Below the pieces are notes generated by a model. That model was not told where the DNA came from, searched no databases, and worked only from the letters and a program-made list of their open reading frames with translations. Shown here in pieces: positions 24,001 through 35,500 of a stretch of 64,000 nucleotides of DNA (position 1 is its first letter; each line of letters opens with the position of its first letter). The translations under genes and the position numbers were made by a program. The stretch comes from Tubulanus polymorphus (taxonomy: Eukaryota; Animalia; Nemertea), in assembly GCF_964204645.1 (NCBI RefSeq), contig NC_134025.1, positions 2,170,001 through 2,234,000 on the forward strand, given 5' to 3'.

Positions 24001-25685
24001 ATCGGGGTTGACTGTATACGTTGCGCAGTCGAGCTAAAGAACTATGGAAATGATTCTTAATTCCTCAGTTTGAAGTCTTACACCCATCGAGATGCCTTGT
24101 TCTAAAATGCGCTTCAGATTTTACTGTAGATTTTTTCTATTACTAGATGATTTTCTAAGATTTGATGGAAAAATTAGCGTGCCTTTGTGTAAATTATGTA
24201 CCACGGTACTAAAAGTGCCTAGAACAATGTATTCAACCGGAGATGAGAACATTGTTTCGTAAGAGCTGTACATTCGTTTTTCGTATCTGATGCCAACGTA
24301 CAGAAAACCATCTCTATATCTTTTCAGCATGTCCCGAGAACGAGGAATACGATTCATCTAATAAATGTGATCCCGAGTGTAATGACGAGTCCACTGTGAA
24401 TAACTGTACGGCAGCCTGCAAGTGTAAATCAGGATACGCCCGCGATCCAGTTACTGGCAAATGCATTCCGTTTAACGAATGCTCCCAATGTTTAGTCAAT
24501 GGCGTCCCACGGGTAAATTCTAAATTTCCAACTATCTATTTTAAACCACTTACTTGTATTCTAATACGAACGCTCTATTTCAGGAACATGGTGAACTTTT
24601 GGAAACTGATCCTATGAATCCATGCAATAAATCATTCTGTAAGTTTGGAGAAGCTGAATGGGTTGAAAGTACCAACGATCCTCCAGTTTGTACGGGCGTG
24701 AGTATAATCTGTCAATTCATAAAATTATAAAGTTTTAGTTTTGAAACTTGAATTTATGAATATACCTATTTTTGTTTCAATTCATAGGGCGAAACGGCGA
24801 TGAAAATAGCTGGTTCAATAGGCTGCTGGAAGTGTGTTCCTAATCGTTAGTACCGTTATGTATTAATTCCTAATCATACTTTGCGCTTACATCCCATACT
24901 AGAGACATTAAATCGACATCGTTTTCCACGGAATGAACATAAATGCCTAAAAGAGTTTTGATTTTTGTATTAACAGCTAAACCACAGAAGAGTTGCAAAA
25001 TTAAGAGCGAAGTGAAGAAATTATCAGATTTAGTCCCAGATGATTACCGCAGTTTGAATTGTCCTGAATTGAATACCGAAATTAATGTCACTATGTGCAG
25101 TGGCGGCTGTGGGGATTCATTCAGCCAGGCAAACTTTAGACTGGATGGAAAACTCATTCTGGGCGCTGAACAATGTGATTGCTGTAAAGCTGTCTCACTT
25201 GGACAAAGATCAGAAGGAGGGGTCACCTGCCCTGGTATTGGTAGGATAGAATACTCAATAGACGTTATCACTGATTGTGACTGTATATCGTGCGGTAAGT
25301 TTAAAGTCTGTCTGTTATCAACTTTAAATTCTATTGATGAAAATTCGTTTTCATAGATTTACAGGCATGTTTGAGCTTACACATGAAGTGAATTCTTTGT
25401 ATGAATGTTTTGGTTTTGTATTTCATGGATGACGCAAAAGGCTGATAATTGTAATGTTCCTCTGATTTCCAACCAAGTCCAACAGCCCCAGTTTATTTTT
25501 TCAATATTTGTTGTCCTTAAGGTGGTGAAGCGGCTAATGCTCCAAATCCTTCCGGAAGCGGGTCGTCAGGGCCAGGACCAAATTCGGGACAAGGGCCAGG
25601 ACCAAATTCGGGACAAGGGCCAGGACCAAATTCAGGACAAGGGCCAGGACAAGGCCAAGGACCAGGACCAGCAGGAAGACCATGA
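21..25685 (+). CDS. Giant SCO-spondin-like / gel-mucin-like secreted glycoprotein, 5'-truncated by the window: LDLa x7, discoidin(F5/8C)-like, TIL x5, VWC-like, TSP1 x~10, CTCK, two giant Gly/Pro/Thr repeat domains
   Basis: Phase-compatible GT-AG exons read manually: 21-129, 224-340, 2533-2664, 2762-9886, 10065-10384, 10472-10669, 10758-10866, 10961-11077, 11205-11336, 11434-11751, 12254-12342, 12591-12657, 12732-12831, 13049-13189, 13279-13475, 13553-13723, 13866-19296, 19488-19613, 19730-19993, 20110-20321, 20426-20599, 20694-20943, 21045-21332, 21531-21580, 21975-22148, 22337-22666, 22803-23076, 23170-23216, 23439-23603, 24328-24512, 24584-24697, 24788-24845, 24977-25294, 25522-25685(TGA). 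Motifs: LDLa (CQDRSDENDC, CKNGEDEKDC), TSP1 (WGEWSTCSKSCQGG, WSDWTSWSGCSSTCVGG), TIL (CSNECPITC..CTPGCKCPAG), CTCK (CSGGC..CDCC..CDCISC). AATAAA near 25760 and 25881. Confidence 0.85.
2776..9867 (+). repeat. Coding 12-bp tandem array, ~590 x Thr-Pro-Gly-Ala (ACACCRGGWGCH), within a 7.1-kb exon
   Basis: Uninterrupted frame. Variation is almost entirely at third codon positions. Flanked by acceptor ttacag|gtcca (2761/2762) and donor cccg|gtaaat (9886/9887). Confidence 0.95.
10738..11545 (+). repeat. Intragenic duplicate of the LDLa-LDLa-LDLa-TPGA module (copy of 1-367 and 2533-2870)
   Basis: 1-367 matches 10738-11104 (offset 10737) with few mismatches, including the intron. 2533-2870 matches 11205-11545. 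Confidence 0.95.
11446..11751 (+). repeat. Short paralogous TPGA array in the duplicated module
   Basis: Same 12-bp unit and same first ~110 nt as 2762 onward, in a 318-bp exon. Confidence 0.9.
14102..19233 (+). repeat. Coding 24-bp tandem array, ~214 x TPSGPGGA
   Basis: Open frame continuous with an upstream TIL domain in the same exon (13866-19296). Mostly synonymous variation, with occasional A-to-P substitutions. Confidence 0.95.
23857..24014. mobile_element. Tc1/mariner/pogo-type MITE in an intron
   Basis: TA|CAGTCAACCCCCGATATAC ... GTATATCGGGGTTGACTG|TA: terminal inverted repeats starting CAGT, with a TA target-site duplication. Confidence 0.8.
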
Positions 25686-27048
25686 ATAACCTAAATGACG
25701 AACCACTCTGCTTATCGGACAAAGAATTTGGAACATGTAGAAATTGTAGAATGCAAAATAAATAAAAAAAACTTTAAAAAAATACTTAATATAATCATTA
25801 TGACACAATTAGGCGGTTACAACTGTCTCCATGTAAAGTGTCTCGTAGCGATGGGTAATACACATACATCTGTATACCTGAATAAAACATAGAGAGAGCA
25901 TTGAAAAATTCGTTTTTGTGAAATCTGTAAAAGAATCGGAATTTTTCATTTTCTATCGAGGAGTTTCAAATCGACGTTGAGTGGAAGTTCTTTTAAAAGG
26001 TTTCTCATTCCGAGGAAAATACAGTAGAATGTTCGACGCTGAACGCCTATAGATGGTGCAGCTTATACGGTCAGAGGTTAGATTGAAGAACTTAGGTGGA
26101 ATTTTCACATTTTTTCATGCCCTTACCAATATCCTAGGGTTTTCCACATAATTAATCCATATTTTTCACATGTTTAACTTCAAGATACAATAGATAACAT
26201 AATCAGTAAGACTCGATTGCCTTAGTTAAACGTGGACGTATAATCTAGTTTATACGTCCATCGCTGAAATGAGAATGTTCGAAATCAAATCGGGGCTGTA
26301 AAGTTACGAGCCATGCTTGCGATACGCCAAATAAGGAGTCAAACAGGAACGTTTGATTCTGCTGATGAAATTTTCAACTTGAATCTTAACGAGAGGACAT
26401 GAATGCATCAATGCGATTTCTGCGATTTTGCGTTTCAGTGATTTCCAAATACGGCGAATTATCCTGAACTGTGGATGATGCAAACCAAACCGGAACACGT
26501 CGAGCACCAAGTTGCGAGTCGATCTACGAATGAGGATTTGGTCCTTCCCCTTCCCCAAAAAAATTTGAAAATCAGGTGCCTCGATACGACCACAAAAAAA
26601 ACAGAACTTAAATTTTGGTCGCTACTCCGATCCCCTGATATCGTACCCCCGTGATCAATAAATTAAGACAAGAATATGATCTGCCACAAACATGATCTGT
26701 TTATACATATTACATATAAACACTGGAACGCTCGTCCACCCACCACAAACCGCCCGACGGAGGACCATCCGCTATTGCGTTATGTTGAGGTAAAAATGTC
26801 GTCAGAGTGGAAAGAAATTGTGTTGTCTTACAACCCCAGCCACTTCTTCACCCGTCAAGGGATTCGAACTCACTAAGCTAAAGACATTCCCGAACCCTTG
26901 GCGTCATTAGGCTTCTGTTAGATTTCCCTATAAATGGACCAATCAGCGAACATTTACCGAACAAGGAGGTATTTCACGAGTCGATATATGACGTCATGCG
27001 CAAAGGCACCAGTAATGAAATCGCCCGTCGTGAGGCCAGCAGGGCCAA

Positions 27049-27211
27049 CTTCGGTTATCCGTGTCTAGTCGACTAGTCGAACTAGTGAAACCGAATGTCA
27101 GTTAGTGTGACCACATTCCGGAAATAGTTCGGAAATTAATAAGTGCATTCGGAAATTAAATGCGTCGGTTATTGGTTCCGACCACTAGTCGACTAAGCAC
27201 GAAAACCGAAG
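27049..27211. mobile_element. Short inverted-repeat (MITE-like) element
   Basis: CTTCGGTTATCCGTGTCTAGTCGACTAGT ... ACTAGTCGACTAAGCACGAAAACCGAAG form imperfect inverted arms. Confidence 0.55.
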
Positions 27212-28159
27212 ACCCGGGGAGCTGATAGACGAGTTCGGGGAGCGATACCGGACCTCTGGCAAGCGAGGATGATTCAGTCAGCAACCTGACAAATTTTAAA
27301 AAAAACTAAGCTTACGATCTATTCGTCCCATTCAACTCAATAAACCGCCATGTCTAAGTAGAAACAATAGCGATCACACGGAGAGATGATTTGGCGGGGT
27401 CGATTTAAAAAAAGCTGACGATATTTTTCTGAATACGATCTCGTGATCTTGGATTGGATGATCATGTAAGTGTTAAGATTAGCTCAAAAATATTACAAAT
27501 GATAAAATCAGAAAAGATGCGGCTTGTGCGAAATGATCTGAACTAGGTTTGCTCGATCAAAAATCCATCCTTAAAATCCATCTACTGGTCGATTAGACAC
27601 CAAAAACAGCGCAGAAACTCGGATTGGCAATTGGTCAACCGCGCTACTGCAGTTTAGCCATAATAAAAACAAGGCAAAATTTGAAATGTACGAATGAGGG
27701 CGTTTTGTGCGCACAGTTCGTGAAATGGTTGAATTTTCTGGGACATGAATTTCGTCCGATGGTTTCTATAAGAACGCCGGAGATCGTGTGTTTCAAAGAT
27801 TTCAAATCTTTCGAATCTGGTCTTTAATCTTTGAATTCGTAGCGAAGCCAGGACCGGGTACTTTTCTTATTCCTTGATTTACCAGCTTCATTGTTGATAT
27901 TATGTTATTATTATGTTATATTATATTATTAGTATGCGTTTCTCCGACCCTGATATGTATTCCTCTGCGCGCACCCGAAAACTGTAATATTCATCAACAA
28001 GTTGGTGATGACAGTAAACGGAAAACAGGAGAAGAATATTAAAATCGCCCGGGTCGATGTGGCCCAGTCGCGCCGCAGCCGTGGTTTGAGTTGATCCTAT
28101 TAACCGTGTGTTACTGCCAATAATTCATTCGTTCACGATTTTTTCGAAGCCCATTTTAG

Positions 28160-28400
28160 TTCAAATTCAAATTCAAAATATCTTTATTGATCCTTAATGT
28201 TCAACAGTACATCATTGGATTGACAGTTTTCAATAAAGTGGACAGGACAAACAAGGGACATGGAGAATAGAAAAACAAAAATAACACAGTATAATGGAGC
28301 AGTTTAGAAAGAAATTTTAACATAATTAATGTAAACAGAGAATAGGCTATAAACATATATACAGTATCATGAATGGAGTAGGATAAGAGTAAAAATTCGT
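28160..28400 (-). mobile_element. Possible 3' remnant of a non-LTR retrotransposon
   Basis: Minus strand ends AATAAAGATATT followed by (TTGAAT)n, a poly(A) signal plus short tandem-repeat tail typical of some LINE 3' ends. No ORF seen. Confidence 0.3.
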
Positions 28401-28525
28401 TCATTCCGCGTTTTAGGGTTTGTATGTGGTCCATTCTCAATTCCTTTTCCGTGTTTTAATCATTATTAAAAACATGGCCGACCGGTATCCGCTGTAACCG
28501 TTTCTCCTTTCGGATCGCCGTCATC

Positions 28526-31500
28526 ATGGGCCTTTGTAAGTGTCCCAAAAAGAAAGTGACTAATTTATTTTGTTTCCAACATCGCGTGAATGTGTGTGAA
28601 CATTGTTTAGTAGCCAATCATTCGCAGGTGAGTAATTCGGAGGGTTAGGTTTAGAGTTAAGGAGGGACTGCTCCATACCACGTCCACACACCACACAAGC
28701 AAAGCGCAGTGCAGCGGATAATAATTATGAGACACGTCATTATTGTCGTGTTGTCATTGACATTTCGTAGTCGACATGTAGTTAGTCTATCGAAGCGGAG
28801 GCGTCCATCCTAATAACAATCACTTCAAAATACGTCATGATATGTCAAAGAATAAATATGGGTGAATACTAAAACTAATATTTCACCGACCCGAGAACCT
28901 TTAGTGTATGTGACTAATATCGAACCACTCCACTGTTAATACATGGAAAAATTGTTTGTTCTCATTTCAGTGTATTGTTCAGTCATATTTAAGATGGCTT
29001 CAGGACAGTGATTATAATCCTGTTTGTTTACTGTGTAATAATCATCTTCAACAAGATCATCTGCCATGTGTACGATTATTGTGCTATGGTAAGCATAATT
29101 CCACACAGCCCCAGGGGTTGGTGGCTCATACCCCACTGGGCGAGTGGGGCAGTGGCTCATACCCCACTGGGGGAGTGGGGCAGTGGCTCATACCCCACTG
29201 GGGGAGTGGGGCAGTGGCTCATACCCCACTGGGGGAGTGGGGCAGTGGCTCATACCCCACTGGGGGAGTGGGGCAGTGGCTCATGTCACACTGGGGGAGT
29301 TGGGCAGTGGCTCATACCCCACTGGGGGAGTTGGGCAGTGGCTCATACCCCACTGGGGGAGTTGGGCAGTGGCTCATACCCCACTGGGGGAGTTGGGCAG
29401 TGGCTCATACTACACTGGGGGAGTGGGGCAGTGGCTCATACCACACTGGGGGAGTGGGGCAGTGGCTCATACCACACTGGGGGAGTTGGGCAGTGGCTCA
29501 TACCCCACTGGGGGAGTTGGGCAGTGGCTCATACCCCACTGGGGGAGTTGGGCAGTGGCTCATACCCCACTGGGGGAGTGGGGCAGTGGCTCATACCCCA
29601 CTGGGGGAGTGGGGCAGTGGCTCATACCCCACTGGGGGAGTGGGGCAGTGGTTCATACCCCACTGGGGGAGTTGGGCAGTGGCTCATACCCCACTGGGGG
29701 AGTTGGGCAGTGGCTCATACCCCACTGGGGGAGTGGGGCAGTGGCTCATACCCCACTGGGGGAGTGGGGCAGTGGCTCATACCCCACTGGGGGAGTGGGG
29801 CAGTGGCTCATGTACTTTATGAATGTTACAGAGAAATTAATGTGATGTGTATAATGCGGGAATATGAATACTTTCATTTTTCAGACATCTTTCATTGGGA
29901 CTGTATCAATAATTATGCAAAGAAATTACCGAAGAACACGGCCCCTGCGGGATACCAGTGTCCTGTTTGTAAATCTGGACTGTTTCCGTCAGTCAATCAG
30001 GTATCTCCGGTAGCTGAATCCCTTAGAACGCTTTTGTCGCAGGTCAATTGGGCGAGAGCCGGACTTGGTTTACCATTATTGGTAAGAGCATTTTAGTCCG
30101 ATTTAGCCGCCATATTTTTGTCAAATTTCAAATGCGAGAGAATTAGATTCATTATTGATTGAATTTTTCTTCGCAGATCGACGAACAAGAAAATGCAGTT
30201 GATGCTTCGAAAGAAGAATGTGTATCTACCAATGACAAAGCCCTGCTCAGCAGTGATCACTATGTCGACGATTCACGTGGTTTTCAAGCTGTGACGGATG
30301 ATTATACACCGAACCTGTCTAATGAGTTTAAACACAGTGATTATGTCACATCTCCATCCAATAACACAGATTGTCAAAAACAAAGTGTCGCTGTAAATAT
30401 AGAAGATGTCGGTAGTTCAGTAACGAGTCATATCGGCCATTCTGAACTGTATTCAAGTGAGTATATCGATTCCTGGGGCTACTATGGGCAACGTTTAACA
30501 ACAGCACTACTATTTGTGGTGAATGAGGATCCCCTCGGCCTCCCTCGGCAGGGATTCGAACCTGATGGCATCGCTACACTCAGCCACGGCACGAACTCCT
30601 GCCACAATAGACCAGGCGCGCAGGTACATGCACAGCTTTGCCGCACGAAAACTTGCGGCACCAATCAGATTGCTCGTTGTATAATCGCTGAGGTAAATTT
30701 CACGGAAGAGCTATAAATGTGAAAACCCAGGCAAAAATAAAACGGGATATCTGATTGGCTAATAATGACATCATCTAAGCTGCGCATGTATCTGCGCACT
30801 GGGTCTAGTGTGGCAGGGTTTCATACCGTGTCGGGTCTCGATGCCATCAGGTTCGAATCCCTGCCGGGGGAGGATGGGATCCCCTGGGTGTCGTACTTGA
30901 TCTCTTATCCTTAGCTGTAAATTTGTGTTCTGTATTTCAATTAATTCCATCAAATCGATGATTTAAGTAAATCAACGAACCTGCGTGCAGCACCAGCTTT
31001 TCCACTAGATGGCGCGTGTATCAATAAGACAACTGTAGAAACTTTGTTCATTCTCAAATAACTTCTTAGCCTCCCAGATCAGAAATTGGATCAATCACTT
31101 CTCTCGATAAATTCTGGATAATCTTAAGGGTTCATATATAATGCGAGAAATTATGGATGGATTTTAATTGAATCGGGACTCATCAAAATGTGTACTAGTA
31201 TAGATTTTTAGTGACACCTGGTGGATCCTTGCCACAAGCTGAATCTATGCTGCAGTCAAACGTAGAGTCCTCTTTATTAAATGAAATAACCTCCAAGTAA
31301 ATTGAACCACTGAGTAGAAAATCAGGGGCCGGTTGCACGGTCGTGCAAAGTCCAAAAGTGGTCTTAAATCTTAAGACTGGTCTTAAGTTGTTAGATTGGC
31401 TATGGAACTAAGTTGGTCTTAGACTGGTCTTAAGTCCAAGCCATGACTATGCAACCAGCCCCAGAGGCACAGTGGGCGAGTGGTTTAAGCCGCCAGTCAC

Positions 31501-32524
31501 TGATCTCGTCAATCCAGGGTTTATGGGTTCAAACCCTGGTGGCGACAGAGTTTCTCGGTCGAAGGTTCTTCTCTGGTCTCTCCCCCATTGGGAAAAAGAA
31601 ACATCGAACCCGCTTATAATGCCATGCGTGGCGCTTAGCGGGTTGAGGGTGTCAAAAAAGACGAAAATTCAATGTTATATCTCTATTGGTTTCGGGTGCC
31701 GTAAAATCCAGTCAGTTCTGAGTTGATCGAAAATGAACTAAACCTGCCCGATGTTCACATGGCTTGCAGCATCGCGTTAGATAAATTCAATGATTTTCTT
31801 TTCTTTTTCATATGTAAATAGATCCGAGTAGAAAACTGTTCGATACGACTGGTGATGATGTGTTAAGGAATTCAAATTATGACCACGACGTAGATAAATA
31901 TAAAAGACGACCTGCGTTTCACTGGTTCGCCCAATGGTTTAAGTAAGTATTCGCCTGTATTTATAGTCAAAATCAAATGGATATCGGTGACTAGAAAATG
32001 AATATGTAAAATCAGGATTTGTACTTGTTGCAAAAATACTGGAAAATTTATGTGAAATTTTAAGTTTTATGCTATGGAATTTGAGAAATTTCGTGTGATA
32101 AGTTTTAACCCATTTGGGTCGTAGGCCCAGTGGGCTCTCATTGCATTCCATTTTCATCTGTAGACAGAATCTTGTTTCTTTGGGAAGTTTTCATCGTGAT
32201 TTGATGTATCAGGCTTGATTTTTGGTTTTTGTATGTATCTACCCTAGAATTGATCGAAAACAAGATGGCCGACCTGTCGCCGTTTTTTTTTTCTGCAAAA
32301 GTATAACGTATGTACTGTTTGCGTTTTACAGATCTCGTCAAGGAAATAAATTGCGACGAAATCCGACTTCGACGTTTAAGAAGTTTATCGTAGTTTTGAC
32401 AATCGGATTGATCGGTTTTATCACCGTAGTCGTGTTGTTTACGAAATTCGGCCGCGAGCAAGCCGACCGCGATCCGTTTCTAGATCCGATGGCTAACCCT
32501 AATATCAGGATCGGTAAAACCTAG
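28526..32524 (+). CDS. ZFPL1: Zinc finger protein-like 1 (cis-Golgi membrane protein)
   Basis: [53 protein letters not shown], then [31 protein letters not shown], and a C-terminal TM segment plus [13 protein letters not shown]. Exons 28526-28627, 28971-29088, 29885-30081, 30177-30456, 31822-31942, 32332-32524. Confidence 0.95.
29121..29811. repeat. 31-bp G-rich minisatellite, ~22 copies, ZFPL1 intron 2
   Basis: Unit GTGGCTCATACCCCACTGGGGGAGTKGGGCA repeated in tandem between the donor at 29089 and the acceptor at 29884. Confidence 0.95.
30525..30885. mobile_element. Foldback/MITE element with ~110-bp inverted arms, ZFPL1 intron 4
   Basis: GGCAGGGATTCGAACCTGATGGCATCG..CCTGCCACAATAGACCAG..CAGCTT versus AAGCTG..CTGGGTCTAGTGTGGCAGG..CGATGCCATCAGGTTCGAATCCCTGCC. 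Inner inverted pair CCAATCAGAT / ATCTGATTGG. Confidence 0.8.
31326..31461. mobile_element. PIF/Harbinger-like MITE
   Basis: CAG|GGGCCGGTTGCA ... TGCAACCAGCCC|CAG: TIRs with a 3-bp CAG duplication and internal GGTCTTAA subrepeats. A related degraded copy lies at ~41699-41810. Confidence 0.75.
31465..31790 (+). mobile_element. tRNA-derived SINE (3' end approximate)
   Basis: A-box-like TGGGCGAGTGG (31473) and B-box GGTTCAAACCC (31526) at tRNA-like spacing, with no intact cloverleaf, followed by a non-tRNA body. Confidence 0.55.
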
Positions 32525-35500
32525 TTGCGTCGTCATGAATTTCCGAGAGGGACTTTTGAAGGAACGCGACTATATTCGACGGACTGGATGACGAGTTGTA
32601 TATTGTAAGTCTATATTCTTCAGCTAGAAATGTGCATGCGGTATGGTGTATTTTATTCAGTCTCAATAATTGTGTGAACTTCTATCGATCGTATTTCAAT
32701 GCGCGATTATTTAGCTCGCAGGGGCTTGACGTACGAAGCTGAGATCCGAAATCAAAGATTTACAACAATATGCTTGGTACCAACTATAAATAAGAAAAAA
32801 ATTTCTTGTTTTGACGGTGGGTACCTACTGTTGTAATTCTTTTATTTCGACAAGTCCCTGTGACCTTGCGTACGCACGTTACTTTTTTCCGGTAAAAGTT
32901 GGGTTGAATTCTTTGTTGTACCTATCATTTGCTATAGGGTGGTAACACCCTTTAATGGCCATTGACAGTAATCTATGTTAGCGCAATACGAAATGTGTAT
33001 CTTGATGAAATTTTGTATTATAACAATTCGTGTACTATGTATATTAGAGTAATATATATGATGTAAATTTGATGCAATGCCCTGTCCAATACGATTAAAT
33101 CATATTTATTTCAATACTTAGTGTGGAATTTTGTTTCGTTATTTTCTCATTTTCTCTACTGACTGATGAGATAAATCATCTCGGGTTCTTCTCTCGATGG
33201 TTACGTTAAGCATAGAGGACTGAAATATTGCGATTCTGGATCCAGTTCCAGGTAGACCTATTTCAGATGGGCCTATTCCTTCGATTTATCCAATCATTAC
33301 TGGGAACCACAGATCTGAGGTACAGACTCGTCTGGTTGCGATGAGTTTTAAGCAGAATGACGAGAAAACGTACACGCAGCAGATGAAAATTGAAATATAT
33401 TATTTACATCTATCTATTTATGTACACGTTAGAGTTAGAACTGCACTTTATTTACGTCAATGCCCGATTAGACGTGATAAAGATGCACGCCATCTCCAGT
33501 AACGATTATGACTTCCCCGAGTCCGTAAAGTTTCTGTAATGCTCAGGACGATAGTTGACGAATAGAAGTTCTACAATAATCCGTAGTATCATCAACATAA
33601 TGTGACCACCTGGAAAAGAAAAGATCCCTTCTTAATTTCCTCGTAGATTTTACATACAAAAAAAGGAAACCCATGAACCAGCCATTTGTTGAGTCCCGAC
33701 AATTGGACCTACCTATTAGAAATTTTGCAATTTCGGGCATTTTCCCTCGGATTCCAATGAGTGTTGTATACACGTAGCCTAATAAGGCTTGATAAAATCC
33801 CATGGCATGTATCATCTGAAAATAAAGACTACCATGAGCGCAAAGGACATGATACATAGGCCTAACAACAACAGCATCGGAGAACCTTCACCAAGAACCT
33901 TTAGTGTCTGATGTACCACAGAACGTGTCTGGGTGGGTGGGTACACTAGGATCGTAGAGCGACGGAGATCACTGTAGAGACAGCCACACTACAGGACTGG
34001 GTGAACAGAGAACCCCAATACGCTAGTGAAACGTGTAGGCATATGTTGAATGATTTAAAACTAAAAAGCTGGATAGGGGCCTACCTCCTATAGATTTATC
34101 AGTTTTGAAGCTACATAAATTGACTTACCAAAATGGCAATAGAAACGTTTTGAGTCGTTAAAACAGTAATTTCCGTTATTGTATAGTTCACAAAATCGTT
34201 TATTACGGCAGCGAATCCTATAAACCATAATGTTAACGAAGAGAAAATGTATGCTTCCTTCTTCGTCAAACTACTAAAAACGTTCTTAAGCTTGTTCCAT
34301 CTTTCTGCCATTCCATTCGTGCTTTCCCATCATTTTCGACATTTATTTTTCCAAAGGGACAATAGAGAATAAGGAATTTCCTACGTTTCTCACATTCATT
34401 GTAACAGTAAGTTGACAACAGTTTCAAAACTCGGTTGAAATTTCTCAGTTTCCCTGGCAACTGAAAAATACATCGTCTGCGTGAGGTTGCTTGGATTCTT
34501 TTTTTTATAAGTGGCAGCATTGTTATAGTAAACAACAACTTTCGTATGAACATATTAAACATCGTCATTGAATTCCCCTAATGATGATTTAGATACCATA
34601 TCTCAAGCCCAAGTTTCATTTTTATCAGAAGCGCATCGCATACGACGCAGGGAAACACGGAAAGAGGAGACAGAAACATGTTTCCATGCATCGTGTGCGT
34701 TTCGCTTTAAGGAGGGGCCCTACTGAAAAGTTGAAAATAATACTCTGATTTTTTTTTTCTTTGATTCATTCACTTAACATTTTCGACATTGTTTCGGTGT
34801 ATGACATTTCGGACTGTATTCAAGTGTTGCACCATCTGCGGGTTCGGTGGGCCTCTTGGTTGCTGCCTCTGGCGAAGACACAGAAAATCGCATTAACATA
34901 ATCCTTAGAATAAATACAGTATTTCACTACCTTTTGCTGAATATTTGCTCGATATGATTTTTCTGAAGAAAGGGGATTTTCTGGAAATGATTTGTTAATT
35001 GAACTGTCGATTTTTCAAAAATTTACTCTGCGCCCGTAGGTCTATCAAAGATTTTATCAAACGCGCAAACCACTTCCGCGGAAGAGTAAACAGTGTTTGA
35101 TAGAAGAGACAGATGTGTCGAATACGTTTTAAATATCTCCGAATATTACATTTCTTCAAGCGTATACATGTATATACTTAATATTATGCGGCAAAGCTCG
35201 TTTTGCAAATGAACCAGAGAAGAAAAAAAGAAAGTTATTCCACTGAAGCAACGCATGGGCTTATGCAACGAGCTGATACGAATAGACATTCATAGTTCGT
35301 AATCCAGGTAGAGTGCTTGAAAGATGATCTGCTTCACAATAATTCATTAACGACGAATAGGCAACTCACGCGCTCTCAGCCACAGGAAAGTATTGAAGAT
35401 GCTGGCAGCACAACATATTAGAAATGTGACACCGACGTTGAAAGAAGTCACCGGGGACCCGAGGATTGCCGTATGAAGCTCGGTGTATACAGAGATTCAT

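Noticed and set aside
29121-29811. CRISPR-like array
   Set aside because: The units are contiguous with no unique spacers, there are no cas genes, and the context is a eukaryotic intron.
28956-30096. Three overlapping Trp/Gly/His-rich ORFs
   Set aside because: Translations of the 31-bp intronic minisatellite. ZFPL1 splices cleanly across it (29088 to 29885).
31465-31545. Possible tRNA gene
   Set aside because: A and B boxes are present, but there is no convincing acceptor or anticodon stem. Treated as a SINE head.
34627-34710. Imperfect ~80-nt hairpin that could be a pre-miRNA
   Set aside because: Many mismatches and no recognisable mature miRNA. More likely a small palindromic repeat, and not supportable without small-RNA data.
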